Positions 19,015 through 28,196 of a DNA stretch of 64,000 nucleotides are shown here, piece by piece. Made by a program: the position numbers and the translations under genes. Source of the DNA: an uncultured Gammaproteobacteria bacterium (lineage in GTDB: Bacteria; Pseudomonadota; Gammaproteobacteria; Chromatiales; Chromatiaceae); assembly GCA_937926265.1 (NCBI GenBank), contig CALAZS010000130.1:2796-66795 (forward strand). Reading direction: 5' to 3'. Within the stretch, counting starts at the first letter, position 1. The number at the start of each line of letters is the position of its first letter. The notes under the pieces were generated by a model. It saw only the letters and a program-made list of their open reading frames with translations, did not search any database and was not told where the DNA came from.

Positions 19015-19662
19015 ATGAGTCATTATTTTCGCATATTCAGTATCTCAATAATCTTCCTATTTCTCATCAATGGCATCCTGATGCAGTCTGTTGCCGACCC
19101 AGCCTCTCCTGTACTGTTCACCGAAGAAGAACAGAAGTTCCATCAGGATAAAATGCAAAACATGACTGATGAGGAAAAACAGAAATACCGCTCTGAGCAG
19201 TATCAAATCCTCAGGAGCAAAGCTGCCGCTATTGGTTACGCCATGCCGGCCACTCCTCCCTGGTCTGAATCAACAACAGCTGAATCAGGCTCGAAAGGGG
19301 CAATAGCCCCAACTCCGGCAGACCGCATGCACCAGAAACAACTGGATAAGTACCGCCTTGAGGCAGCCGAAAAACGTGCCGCAATGCACAAACGCCTGGA
19401 ACAGCAGCGTGAAACCATCAAAAAGCGCATTGCCACCCTGGTTGACCGCCAGGCAGTAAAACCATCGGCACAACAACCTATACCACCGGCTGCACCATAC
19501 AGCCCTCAGCCAGTTGCACCTGTTCAGCCTTATCAACAGCCTCAACCAGGCCCTGCTTATCCTCAGGCACGTGGCTATGCACCCGCGCCCCCAAGCACCC
19601 TCGGGCGTAATTACCCTGGCTTTTACCGCGTACCACCACCGCCTTACGCTTATCCTTACTAA
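19015..19662 (+). CDS. Secreted hypothetical protein with Pro/Gln-rich C-terminus
   Basis: 215 aa with a signal-like N-terminus (IFSISIIFLFLINGILMQSVA) and a low-complexity PQP/PPPPYAYPY tail. Confidence 0.55.
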   Translation: MSHYFRIFSISIIFLFLINGILMQSVADPASPVLFTEEEQKFHQDKMQNMTDEEKQKYRSEQYQILRSKAAAIGYAMPATPPWSESTTAESGSKGAIAPTPADRMHQKQLDKYRLEAAEKRAAMHKRLEQQRETIKKRIATLVDRQAVKPSAQQPIPPAAPYSPQPVAPVQPYQQPQPGPAYPQARGYAPAPPSTLGRNYPGFYRVPPPPYAYPY

Positions 19663-19680
19663 CCTTCTTACAGACCAGGG

Positions 19681-20340
19681 TTAACTGTTAACCTGTTTTT
19701 CCAGCAGGCTTTGAGCCTGCTGTTTGGTCAAAAATTTCCATGGAACAGGGATCAAACCAGGAACCTTCCTGCAGTACTCCCTGTATCTTTGGCCATAAAT
19801 ACAGATTAATTTCTTTTCTTCCAGGTACGAACCAATTACCAGGTACAAGCTAACCAATCCGGTACTTGTCAGCTGGTAAATATCCATATCCCTGCTCCAG
19901 ATAAATAGCAGCCCAAGAAAATACCACGGATGGCGTACATAATGATGAAACCAGCTGATAGTGAACTGTTCCTGATCCAGTAAAGCCTTTTCTTTCTGCT
20001 TAACCTGGGCAATTCCCAGGAAGTGGCCGCCATCATAGATAGAAGCGGTTGCCGCAAAGCCCAGCAAGGCAATCAAAGTCAGCCCCCAGGACACCCACTG
20101 AAAAGGCCCCTGCCAGTCAATTATTAATTCAGACCGCCAGATGAATGTCAGCACGAGCGGAACTATCAATAAGACGATAGCTATCAGATTGTAGCCAAGT
20201 CGATACCAGTGAAAATATTCGGGAAACTGCTTCGAAAACCATTTTTTTATCGTTAACGAGGCGAGCAGTGTATGCACGAAAAAATAAGCCAGCCAACTGC
20301 AAAGCAGCAGCAACAGCTTATTGAAGTCAGGTTCTGCCAT
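19681..20340 (-). CDS. Membrane methyltransferase-family protein (ICMT/PEMT-like)
   Basis: 219-aa polytopic ORF. C-terminal RHPWYFLG...EEKKL...YGQRYREYCRKVPGLIP resembles the isoprenylcysteine/phospholipid methyltransferase motif. Confidence 0.55.
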   Translation of the reverse strand: MAEPDFNKLLLLLCSWLAYFFVHTLLASLTIKKWFSKQFPEYFHWYRLGYNLIAIVLLIVPLVLTFIWRSELIIDWQGPFQWVSWGLTLIALLGFAATASIYDGGHFLGIAQVKQKEKALLDQEQFTISWFHHYVRHPWYFLGLLFIWSRDMDIYQLTSTGLVSLYLVIGSYLEEKKLICIYGQRYREYCRKVPGLIPVPWKFLTKQQAQSLLEKQVNS

Positions 20341-20359
20341 GAAGAAATTCTAGAGCCAC

Positions 20360-20953
20360 TCAGTTAGCTGTTGCCTGCATCAGGTTATTGATCCTTTTTA
20401 CATAAAAACGGGTTTCTCCCGGAGCGAAAGATTTGATCTGTTGCCATTCCTTGACTTTGCCATGCTTTTTGCTGGCCTTTTTATACGCTTTTAACATGGT
20501 TCCAAGGCCGGCATTATAGGATGCAAATGAGAGTGACAAACGTTCCGTGGTGGGTAGGGTCTTTTTCTGTTTCCACTTCCTGTACATCATGCGGTCATAG
20601 AAAATGCCCGCGGCAATATTCCATCTTGGTTCATCTGTTGCAGGAAGATAGGGATTTTTCTTGAGAATCTCTTTATAGGTTGCCGGCATAATCTGCATGA
20701 TACCTTTGGCCCCGACCCGACTTTTAGCCTTGGGATTGAGATTTGATTCGGCTATACCCTGGGCTTTAAACCAGTGCCAGTCAACATGCGGACCGAAATA
20801 GTGCTTGGAATATTTTTTGAAATAAACATCGTATTCATTCGTCCACTGTTCATGTTTTACATGCTTGTCTGCCTTGAGCACATAAGCATAAATCGCAGCG
20901 GGTAATGAAATCAGTAAAAGAAAAAACAGCGCCCTGAAATACAGCGGCATCAA
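20360..20953 (-). CDS. Lytic transglycosylase (SLT domain)
   Basis: 197 aa with catalytic block GIAESNLNP...GAKGIMQIMPATY. Confidence 0.8.
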   Translation of the reverse strand: MMPLYFRALFFLLLISLPAAIYAYVLKADKHVKHEQWTNEYDVYFKKYSKHYFGPHVDWHWFKAQGIAESNLNPKAKSRVGAKGIMQIMPATYKEILKKNPYLPATDEPRWNIAAGIFYDRMMYRKWKQKKTLPTTERLSLSFASYNAGLGTMLKAYKKASKKHGKVKEWQQIKSFAPGETRFYVKRINNLMQATAN

Positions 20954-21180
20954 TTAAGACCCAGACCGATTACCAGTCCAAGTGCCGTCCCTATTCCAAT
21001 AAAGATACCCATCATCATCAGGCCCACAGCCACATTGCCTTCTGCCAGTTTATCCTGGATGGAAAAACTGACAATGTGACCAAAGACGCGGCATCCCATC
21101 CACATGAAGAAAATCGTCATCACCCCGCCAATAAATGCGTAAATGAAATTCAGGACAATAGGATCGAGCATATCGGTCAT
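20950..21180 (-). CDS. DUF350 small membrane protein
   Basis: 76 aa with two or three TM helices. 4-nt overlap with the downstream SLT gene. Confidence 0.6.
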   Translation of the reverse strand: MTDMLDPIVLNFIYAFIGGVMTIFFMWMGCRVFGHIVSFSIQDKLAEGNVAVGLMMMGIFIGIGTALGLVIGLGLN

Positions 21181-21276
21181 TAGAACACCTTTGTTATTGT
21201 ATTTTCATAAACAGTAATAATAGACAATCTGGCATTTTATTTCACATGACTTATTTCATAAGCCTGTCTGATTCCG

Positions 21277-22092
21277 CTATTTCATCCCACGGTGCTGCTT
21301 AATCTTTTCATAGGCCTGCTTGATTTCATGGGTTTTTTGCGAGGCAACTTTCATCATTTCCTCGGGCAAGCCTTTTGCAACCAGCTTATCCGGATGATGC
21401 TGGCTGATTAACCGACGATAGGCTTTTTTAACGGCACGATCATCAGTTTTTGCATCCACATTTAAAATTGCATAAGCATCCTGCAGGCTCATTCCCTGGG
21501 AACCGCCAGCTCCACCGGCACGTCCAGTACCTCCGGCATAATGTCTTTCTGCTTTTATTCGTTGCTCTATCTGGCGAAAAACAAATTCAGAAACCCCCAG
21601 CATCTTGCAAATGTGTTTCAACAGGTCTGACTCAGCCGGATGCAAAGAGCCGTCTGCGTAAGCTGCCTGCAACTGGATTTCGATAAACATTTGAATCAGG
21701 GTACTGCGACGATGACATTCCTGCCGGAACTGCTGCAATACCTCGTCAAGGGGAAAACTCTCCTCCTTGCCTTCTCCAAACAGACGCTTTGCCGTGGCGA
21801 CCATTTCATCATTTAGCCCCATTTCGCGCATGACTGCCTCGGCCAGCCTGATTTCCTCCTGGCTGACTCTGCCATCAGCTTTTGCCACAGCCCCCATGAC
21901 ACTGAAGGTCGCCGTGAAAAAGGCCATCTGTACTCTTTGCTGGTCACCAGGTCCAAGCTCATCATCCGGTAATCCACTTAAACCTTTATCAAAGTTGTGA
22001 CCAAGCGCAGCACCTAAAAGGGCACCAAGCGGCCCACCGACCATGAAGCCAAAGGCTCCTCCTACAAGTTTTCCCCACCAGCTCATAAACAA
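21277..22092 (-). CDS. djlA: Co-chaperone DjlA
   Basis: N-terminal TM (WWGKLVGGAFGFMVGGPLGALLGA), TerB-like middle region and C-terminal J domain (DAYAILNVDAKTDDRAVKKAYRRLISQHHPDK). Confidence 0.85.
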   Translation of the reverse strand: MFMSWWGKLVGGAFGFMVGGPLGALLGAALGHNFDKGLSGLPDDELGPGDQQRVQMAFFTATFSVMGAVAKADGRVSQEEIRLAEAVMREMGLNDEMVATAKRLFGEGKEESFPLDEVLQQFRQECHRRSTLIQMFIEIQLQAAYADGSLHPAESDLLKHICKMLGVSEFVFRQIEQRIKAERHYAGGTGRAGGAGGSQGMSLQDAYAILNVDAKTDDRAVKKAYRRLISQHHPDKLVAKGLPEEMMKVASQKTHEIKQAYEKIKQHRGMK

Positions 22093-22101
22093 AGCTCCAG
22101 C

Positions 22102-22815
22102 TTATTTACCATGTAAATATTCCTTATCTCTAAATGTACTGACCCACTCAGGTCGATAGCATACCAGCAGGGTCATAAACCAGCCGTTTAAAACCGCCTC
22201 CGGAAAAAGCATTAACGGGAAATAGGCCAGGTAGGTATCCCAAAGCTCATTGAAATCTGCATAGCCGACAACACTCATCAATACTGCAGAACTTATCGTT
22301 GCCAACACCACTGAAACACCACCCACCAAAAATGCATTCAGGTAAACGTAGACAAAAAAGTGTTTAGGGAACCAGTGCCTGATAAGGATCAAAAACACGT
22401 AGGTAACACTGACCGGCAAGACGACGGCCGTCAGAAAATTTACCGGAAACCCGGTCCAGGAAGACAAACCTGCCAATGCTGTTCCAAGCAGTATGAAAAA
22501 ACCACCTATTATTGCCAGCGACCAGCTGAACATAAGCGTCAGTGTTGTCATGAACAACAAATGAAACTCTACACCATGAAAGACCTCGGTACGCATACTC
22601 CACAAGATCATCAGCACCACGCAGGCACCGAGAAAACCGTTCAACTGGCTTCTGTCAGTTAAACGCCGCCACGGCGCTTTGCTTACAGCGATTATAGATA
22701 CCAGGAAGGCTATCAGGCCCAATATCAGCAATACACTGTCACTAAAGTTTTCACCCTGAATTTCCACGAAACCAATTCCTGTCAGATATGCTTGAAATTC
22801 ATCGATTGAACCCAA
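22102..22815 (-). CDS. Polytopic inner-membrane protein (possibly ECF/CbiM-like permease family)
   Basis: 237-aa ORF with 6-7 hydrophobic segments. The TTG start is uncertain and the family assignment is only a recollection. Confidence 0.4.
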   Translation of the reverse strand: MGSIDEFQAYLTGIGFVEIQGENFSDSVLLILGLIAFLVSIIAVSKAPWRRLTDRSQLNGFLGACVVLMILWSMRTEVFHGVEFHLLFMTTLTLMFSWSLAIIGGFFILLGTALAGLSSWTGFPVNFLTAVVLPVSVTYVFLILIRHWFPKHFFVYVYLNAFLVGGVSVVLATISSAVLMSVVGYADFNELWDTYLAYFPLMLFPEAVLNGWFMTLLVCYRPEWVSTFRDKEYLHGK

Positions 22816-22955
22816 CTCTCCAAATTAACCCATTAAAAAAAACGAAATAGGTTCTGGTAATAATAAATTTTTTATTTTATTGTAAAGTTATTCGGTATGA
22901 CGCCGATAGAAGTAATGAGACCAAACTGGATTCATTGTTTAACCAGGAGGCTTCA

Positions 22956-23147
22956 ATGAAAAATGTCTACGATATGGTAACCGGTGAGTTCATCGTTGAT
23001 GAACCGAGCCACTCATCAGAATTATATTCTGAGTATGGCTATCGTGAAGATACTCTTCTTCAACTACAGCTTGTAGAGGCTGAAACAGTTGATAAAGATG
23101 CTTCTATGCCTGCCGATCTCGCCTATCGTATCTTTTTCAATGACTAA
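22956..23147 (+). CDS. Small acidic hypothetical protein
   Basis: 63 aa from the ATG preceded by an AGGAGG SD. The TTG extension in the ORF track was rejected. Confidence 0.45.
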   Translation: MKNVYDMVTGEFIVDEPSHSSELYSEYGYREDTLLQLQLVEAETVDKDASMPADLAYRIFFND

Positions 23148-23207
23148 GCGTTAACAAACAGCTACGTCATTCTCAACTTGATTGAGCTCCGGCAACCAGC
23201 CAATGCA

Positions 23208-23579
23208 TCAGTCAGTGTCGCTATCCCCCGGAAAAAAATATATTTTGCCGTTTTCCACTGAAACATCATGCTTTTTCAATGATTTTCCCAGGCATGGCCC
23301 TCTCAGGCATTCTCCTGTTTCTATTTTAAATAACGCCCCATGCAGGGCGCATTGAATAAACGCATTTTCAAAATCGAGATATTGATCAGGTTTCCACTCC
23401 ATTGGTGCACCAGTGTGAGGACAGCTGTTCTTGTAAACAAATAATTCTGCATTTTTTTTCACCAGAAAGTGACTCGGGTAAAAAGTCTCACCGGTTTTAA
23501 TACCTTTACTTGTAGTTTCCTGATCGGTGTTTTCAGATAATTCTTCCAGGTCACAGATATAAAACTTGTTTTCTGTCAT
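23208..23579 (-). CDS. Small Rieske [2Fe-2S] protein
   Basis: 123 aa with CPHTGAPM ... CALHGALF (CxH/CxxH Rieske ligands). ATGA overlap with the upstream kinase gene. Confidence 0.8.
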   Translation of the reverse strand: MTENKFYICDLEELSENTDQETTSKGIKTGETFYPSHFLVKKNAELFVYKNSCPHTGAPMEWKPDQYLDFENAFIQCALHGALFKIETGECLRGPCLGKSLKKHDVSVENGKIYFFPGDSDTD

Positions 23580-24448
23580 GGTTTAAACTTCTCCCCTATG
23601 GAAGTGAAGCCTTCAACGCCACATTTAAAGCCGGCAACCCGACAGGCAAACTCAAGTGTATCCCTGACATTCTGATCATTCAGGCTGGCATGCAGTACAC
23701 CGGCATTAAATACATCCCCGGCACCAAGCGTATCGACAACCTGCTCAGGTTGAAAGGCCGGCTGTTGATAAAGCTGGTTGTTTTTACTCATCGCCCAGCC
23801 ACCGGCTTTACCCCAGGCACAATACAGGTCAGCACTGATGCCTTTATCCCTTAGGGTTTCAAAAAAGGCTTTTACCGATTCATGCGACTCATGAACATAG
23901 GCACGCGAAAACATGATGATTTGTGGATAGCTAAATACATCTTCCAGACCCTCCCGGTGTTTTTCAACTTCAATCGAAAACCGGGTAAATCCACTTGATA
24001 CCAGGTGTTCACACATTTTTTTCAACTCGACCACATTCCTTCCTTCGAAGTGGATCCAGTCAAATGCCTGGTAATCTATGTTGAGAAAGTGCTCGCTGGA
24101 ATATTCCTCCAGGTTGCGGTAGTGAACAATGGTGCGACTGCCATTCTGGGCATTAAGCGTGATATAGGAAACCGGCAACTCGGCATTGGTGGCTGTTATC
24201 GCCAGCTTATGATCGATATGGCTGCTATCCAGTTCTTTTAAAACAAACTTGCTTGAATGGTCATCGGCCAACATACCGGCCCAGGCACAAGCATGACCCA
24301 GTTGGGATAAAACATTGAGAGAATTTGTAACGTTACCGCCCCGAACCATTTTCCTGGAGATGGCCCTGACCTCGTCATCTTCATCTGGATAATTGGCCAC
24401 AGTATTGACAATATCCAGCGTTGCTATGCCAACACCCAGTATTTTCAT
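23576..24448 (-). CDS. PfkB-family sugar kinase, ketohexokinase-like
   Basis: 290 aa. Blocks WIHFEGRN, SIEVEKHREGLEDVF, VVDTLGAGDVFNAGV and ACRVAGFKCGVEGF resemble animal ketohexokinase by eye. Confidence 0.75.
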   Translation of the reverse strand: MKILGVGIATLDIVNTVANYPDEDDEVRAISRKMVRGGNVTNSLNVLSQLGHACAWAGMLADDHSSKFVLKELDSSHIDHKLAITATNAELPVSYITLNAQNGSRTIVHYRNLEEYSSEHFLNIDYQAFDWIHFEGRNVVELKKMCEHLVSSGFTRFSIEVEKHREGLEDVFSYPQIIMFSRAYVHESHESVKAFFETLRDKGISADLYCAWGKAGGWAMSKNNQLYQQPAFQPEQVVDTLGAGDVFNAGVLHASLNDQNVRDTLEFACRVAGFKCGVEGFTSIGEKFKP

Positions 24449-24463
24449 GCCAGAATATCCAGG

Positions 24464-25471
24464 CTAATTGCGAATAATTTGACCACTACTTCCTGGCTTT
24501 GCGGGGGCCCCGGTACTGGCTGGGCGTTCCATTTCAACTGGCCTGGATAAGGTTTCGGTCGAATCACCAGAACCAAACAGGTTGCCAAGTAATTCACCCG
24601 GGCCGGCAACAATGGAGATTGCTTCGAGTACAACAAATAAAATTGCCGCACCGCTTAACATTGACAGTATTTTCTGTTTTTTCTGCAGCCGACCGGCAGA
24701 ATTGATGTCCAGAACCGGTACCGATTTTTCAAACTCCTCTTCCTGCTGAATACTTTCAGCCAGCATTTCAGAAACCGATTCATGCTGCTTTTCAGCCTCT
24801 TCTTTGAACTTCTTCAGTTCTTCTTCCTGTTTTTCAAGCTGACGACGCATTTCATCAATGCTGGTATGTGCATCTTCAAGTTCGTCTTCAAGTAACTGAC
24901 AGGTTTGTTGAGAGGACTGCAATTCCGATTGCCTGTCTTCCAGGGAGCGGGACAGGTTGTCATGTTCCTGTCGTAACATTTCCAGCTCAAGCACACTTTC
25001 ACTGTCACCACCGGCGCTTCTATGACTTTCGTGTCTTTTGGCCTGGCTGTCGAGCTGTTCCTGGAGTTCCTGAAGCTGATGCCTTGAGTGTTCCTTGTAA
25101 TCGGCCAGCTCGTTTTGCAATGCTTCGTATTGCTCTGGCCTTACTTCCGGTTCATTGGCCTCAACAATTTTTTTGTATTGCTCAAGCTCGGCCTCAAGAC
25201 CCGCCACCTGGTTACTGGCCGCATCTCGCGAACGTTCCAACTCCCTTGCTTCAGACCTCAAGTTACTCAGGCGTTCCATAAGCAATGAAGACTCACCTTC
25301 ACGCTTGGCCTTTTTACGCAGGTTTTCTGTCAGCTCATCATTGTCTTTCTGTAATGCTTCGCATTTATTGGAGAGTTGGCGCACCTGGTTTTGGGAAATC
25401 GCCAGGTCTCTTTGTAAAGTGGCCATGGCGGCCTGCTGTTCGGCATCAGCAATTTTGGCTTTATCTATCAC
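24464..25471 (-). CDS. Tail-anchored coiled-coil membrane protein
   Basis: 335 aa, with about 270 aa of heptad-rich E/Q/L/K sequence followed by one TM helix (ILSMLSGAAILFVVLEAISIVAG) near the C-terminus. Confidence 0.6.
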   Translation of the reverse strand: MIDKAKIADAEQQAAMATLQRDLAISQNQVRQLSNKCEALQKDNDELTENLRKKAKREGESSLLMERLSNLRSEARELERSRDAASNQVAGLEAELEQYKKIVEANEPEVRPEQYEALQNELADYKEHSRHQLQELQEQLDSQAKRHESHRSAGGDSESVLELEMLRQEHDNLSRSLEDRQSELQSSQQTCQLLEDELEDAHTSIDEMRRQLEKQEEELKKFKEEAEKQHESVSEMLAESIQQEEEFEKSVPVLDINSAGRLQKKQKILSMLSGAAILFVVLEAISIVAGPGELLGNLFGSGDSTETLSRPVEMERPASTGAPAKPGSSGQIIRN

Positions 25472-25520
25472 GGAATATTGACTCGATTATTGATTCGATT
25501 GGGGATCGTCTATTAAAACG

Positions 25521-27380
25521 CTAGGATTCTGTAAGTTCTGAAATACGGCCTTTTAACTCGGAAATTTCCAGACGTAGTTCACTATTTTCCTGGTTGGCCA
25601 GTGATAACTGGTTCCTGGCTTCTTCAAGGTCATTGCGCAAATCATCACGATCCTGTGAAATGCTGGCATTCAGTGCTTCCAGTTCACTAACCCGGTTCGA
25701 TGCTGATTCACCGGAAGTCTCCTGCATTTGTTTTTCCAGGTCTTCATAATCAGACTCGGCCTGGTCTTTCTCCAGTTGTAATACCGTTAACTCCTCTTTT
25801 AACCTGGCAATATCTGCATCGCGAACCTGGAGATGTTTTTTATGATCGGCGGTTAATGTATCAAACTGCTGTTTGAGTTTATCGTAACCTTCCTCTTCGC
25901 TTTCGAGCTGGCCGGTTAAGGTAATAACTTCCCTTTCGAGTTGCACGATTTCCTTTTTCAGTGCCTCGGTATCACCACTGGAAGAATCGCCTCCGGAACC
26001 ACCGCCTGAATCTGCACTGGTAGGCCTGGCAGCGAGTGCCTCTTCAAGTTCTGAGATTTTGCTGCCGGCCGCTTCCAGCTGCTGGCTTTTTTCCTGCAGC
26101 TGAGCTTCAAGGCTTTGAATTTTTTCGTTAAGGACCTTGAGTTCGCCCGAATCTACTGATGCAGCTGTTGTAGAGGCCGAAGCTGAAGCCTGGGGCGATA
26201 TCTCGGGTGATGACTCGGCAGGTGCAGCTGTTTCCTGCACTGGTTCAGAATTTGGTTCAGAACCTGATTCAGGTTTGTTTTCAGATTCATTTCCCGATTC
26301 ATTTTCAGCCTCATCCGTGGGCATATCGAGGATGCCATCAGGCAGCTTGTCGTATCCACCATCCAGAATGCTGACATGGAACCCCCGCTCTATGAACAGA
26401 AAGCCGGAGGCAATACCCCTGCGACCCGACTGGCTGACAATGACATAATGATGTTCATCGGAAAGACTGGGGATCTGAAAACGCAGGGTCTGGTATGGCA
26501 TATTGATCGCACCCTCGAGGTGGGCCTGCTCGTATTTTTCAGGTGACCTGACGTCAAGCCAGATACCTCCCTGCTCGATAATTGCGGTAGCTTCGTTGTA
26601 ATTGACGGTTTCTGATAATGGATGTTGCACCAACTGGATAAAGTCATCCTTGGCCAGTTTTAGCACTATGCCATCAGAAAGCATCTTGATACTTGAACTT
26701 CTCGGGCTATCCGATAAAAGCGCATCTTCACCAAAAGAGGCCCCGGGACCAAGCTTGGCCACCTCTACCTGCTCGCCGGAAACTTCGTTGTATTTCAAAA
26801 CCAGTGCCTTGCCACGGTGTAACAGGTAATAAAAATCACCTTCGTCACCCTCTGTGATAATCATGTCACCGGTTTTAACTTCCTGTTCCTGCATGCGCAT
26901 CATGACACCCTGCAGATTGGCGGCCGGGATGTTCTGCATGACACGTGACTGCAGCAGCTGACTCATCCAGTCATCATCGCTATCTTCAAACGAAACCTCT
27001 TCAACCTGTTGACCTGATGATTCATGTTCAGCCAGGGCTTCGCTTAAAATACGGCTATCGATTTTGACTATTGTAAGATTCGTCAATGCCTTGGCGGTAA
27101 ACTTTCGCGGCAACTGATGAGCTAATGGGAAACGTGCGGTCGCAGAACCTTCTTCAGCCAGATCAACCTGGGCGGATCCGTTGAAAAGACCAACCTGCCC
27201 TGACAGAAGGTAGACATTAACGTGATCGACATCACCTTCGGAAAAAAGGGTATTGCCCTTGGCAACAGACTCAACATTAACCGAGCCCAGCAACTTCAAT
27301 AAGTTATCCTGTTCCAGCGTATTAAGTGGAATGAGTTTTTTAAGCTGTGCAAATTCCTTGTTTTCAGCAGTTACGGCCAT
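25521..27380 (-). CDS. Tandem cyclic-nucleotide-binding domain / rhodanese-homology / coiled-coil protein
   Basis: 619 aa. Two cNMP-binding domains (second with FGEDALLSDSPRSSSIK), a rhodanese-like domain whose catalytic Cys position is Ser (VIVSQSGRRG), an acidic Ser/Glu/Pro linker and a ~190-aa C-terminal coiled coil. Confidence 0.7.
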   Translation of the reverse strand: MAVTAENKEFAQLKKLIPLNTLEQDNLLKLLGSVNVESVAKGNTLFSEGDVDHVNVYLLSGQVGLFNGSAQVDLAEEGSATARFPLAHQLPRKFTAKALTNLTIVKIDSRILSEALAEHESSGQQVEEVSFEDSDDDWMSQLLQSRVMQNIPAANLQGVMMRMQEQEVKTGDMIITEGDEGDFYYLLHRGKALVLKYNEVSGEQVEVAKLGPGASFGEDALLSDSPRSSSIKMLSDGIVLKLAKDDFIQLVQHPLSETVNYNEATAIIEQGGIWLDVRSPEKYEQAHLEGAINMPYQTLRFQIPSLSDEHHYVIVSQSGRRGIASGFLFIERGFHVSILDGGYDKLPDGILDMPTDEAENESGNESENKPESGSEPNSEPVQETAAPAESSPEISPQASASASTTAASVDSGELKVLNEKIQSLEAQLQEKSQQLEAAGSKISELEEALAARPTSADSGGGSGGDSSSGDTEALKKEIVQLEREVITLTGQLESEEEGYDKLKQQFDTLTADHKKHLQVRDADIARLKEELTVLQLEKDQAESDYEDLEKQMQETSGESASNRVSELEALNASISQDRDDLRNDLEEARNQLSLANQENSELRLEISELKGRISELTES

Positions 27381-27468
27381 CGTGAAGCGTCTCTTCTGGA
27401 AATATTATTTTTAATATTGTCTTGGGCATTTAATCATACAACTAAATAATAGGTGAAAGAAAAAATTA

Positions 27469-27484
27469 TGCTTCGGTGCTGCCA
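27469..27484 (-). promoter_or_regulatory. Weak sigma54 promoter candidate upstream of the cNMP/coiled-coil operon
   Basis: Minus strand TGGCAGCACCGAAGCA has correct GG-N10-GC spacing and a good -24, but the -12 reads AAGC instead of TTGC. About 90 nt upstream of the ATG at 27380. Confidence 0.3.
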
Positions 27485-27693
27485 GATTCATAGCTTTTTC
27501 CATGCCAACCGGTGATTTTTTTCATTTAACCTTGTTTTTATGCTTTTTTTTATAAAAAACAACTTTGCATTTTAAATTTATATGCTATGTTTCGCTTGCA
27601 ATTGCCAGTCAAATATCGCTTTTACTCAGTAATACATGCTTTATTTGATAATAATTATAAATGCTAATGTAACCAACCCTAGGAGCCCGACAT

Positions 27694-28080
27694 ATGGCCG
27701 TTAAGAAAAAAGCCTCAAAAAAAGCTGTTGCTAAAAAAGCTGCGGCTGCACCAAAGCTAAAATCGATTCCAAGCAGACAGACAAAGACTCAGATCATCCA
27801 GGAAATTTCAGACAGCACCGAACTGAGTAAAAAAGATGTTGCCGCAGTATTTTCCAGCCTTGCTGAACTGATCCAGCGTCACATGCAAAAACGTGGATCA
27901 GGAGAATTCCAGATTCCTGATACAGGCGTGAAGATCCGCAGAGTTAAAAAACCGGCGCGTAAAGCACGTATGGGCCGTAACCCTGCGACAGGTGAAGAAA
28001 TTAAAATTGCTGCCAAGCCAGCTCACACTGTCGTCAAAGTAATGGCACTAAAAGCCTTGAAAGAAACTATAAACAACTGA
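27694..28080 (+). CDS. HU-family DNA-binding protein with Lys/Ala-rich N-terminal extension
   Basis: 128 aa. MAVKKKASKKAVAKKAAAAPKLK tail followed by an HU fold (…RMGRNPATGEEIKIAAKP…). Confidence 0.8.
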   Translation: MAVKKKASKKAVAKKAAAAPKLKSIPSRQTKTQIIQEISDSTELSKKDVAAVFSSLAELIQRHMQKRGSGEFQIPDTGVKIRRVKKPARKARMGRNPATGEEIKIAAKPAHTVVKVMALKALKETINN

Positions 28081-28102
28081 TTTTTCGAGTTAACCCCGAT
28101 TC

Positions 28103-28130
28103 AAAAGGCACTGCTGGCAGTGCCTTTTTT
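28103..28130. terminator. Bidirectional intrinsic terminator
   Basis: AAAA-GGCACTG-CTGG-CAGTGCC-TTTTTT between convergent genes. Confidence 0.7.
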
Positions 28131-28196
28131 CATTTATCAAAAATTTATTGCATTCGCTTTTCGCACAGGTCTTTGACCGGACCTGTGTTTGGTTTT

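Noticed and set aside
24868-25481. 137- and 108-aa plus-strand ORFs inside the coiled-coil gene, and similar ones in 26137-26829
   Set aside because: The repetitive GAA/CAG-rich coiled-coil coding sequence keeps the opposite strand open. The minus-strand frames give coherent domain architecture, and these ORFs do not.
27593-27607. TGGCAATTGCAAGCG (minus sense) as a sigma54 promoter
   Set aside because: The GG to GC spacing is 9 rather than 10 nt, and it lies ~230 nt from the start codon. Sigma54 tolerates essentially no spacing change.
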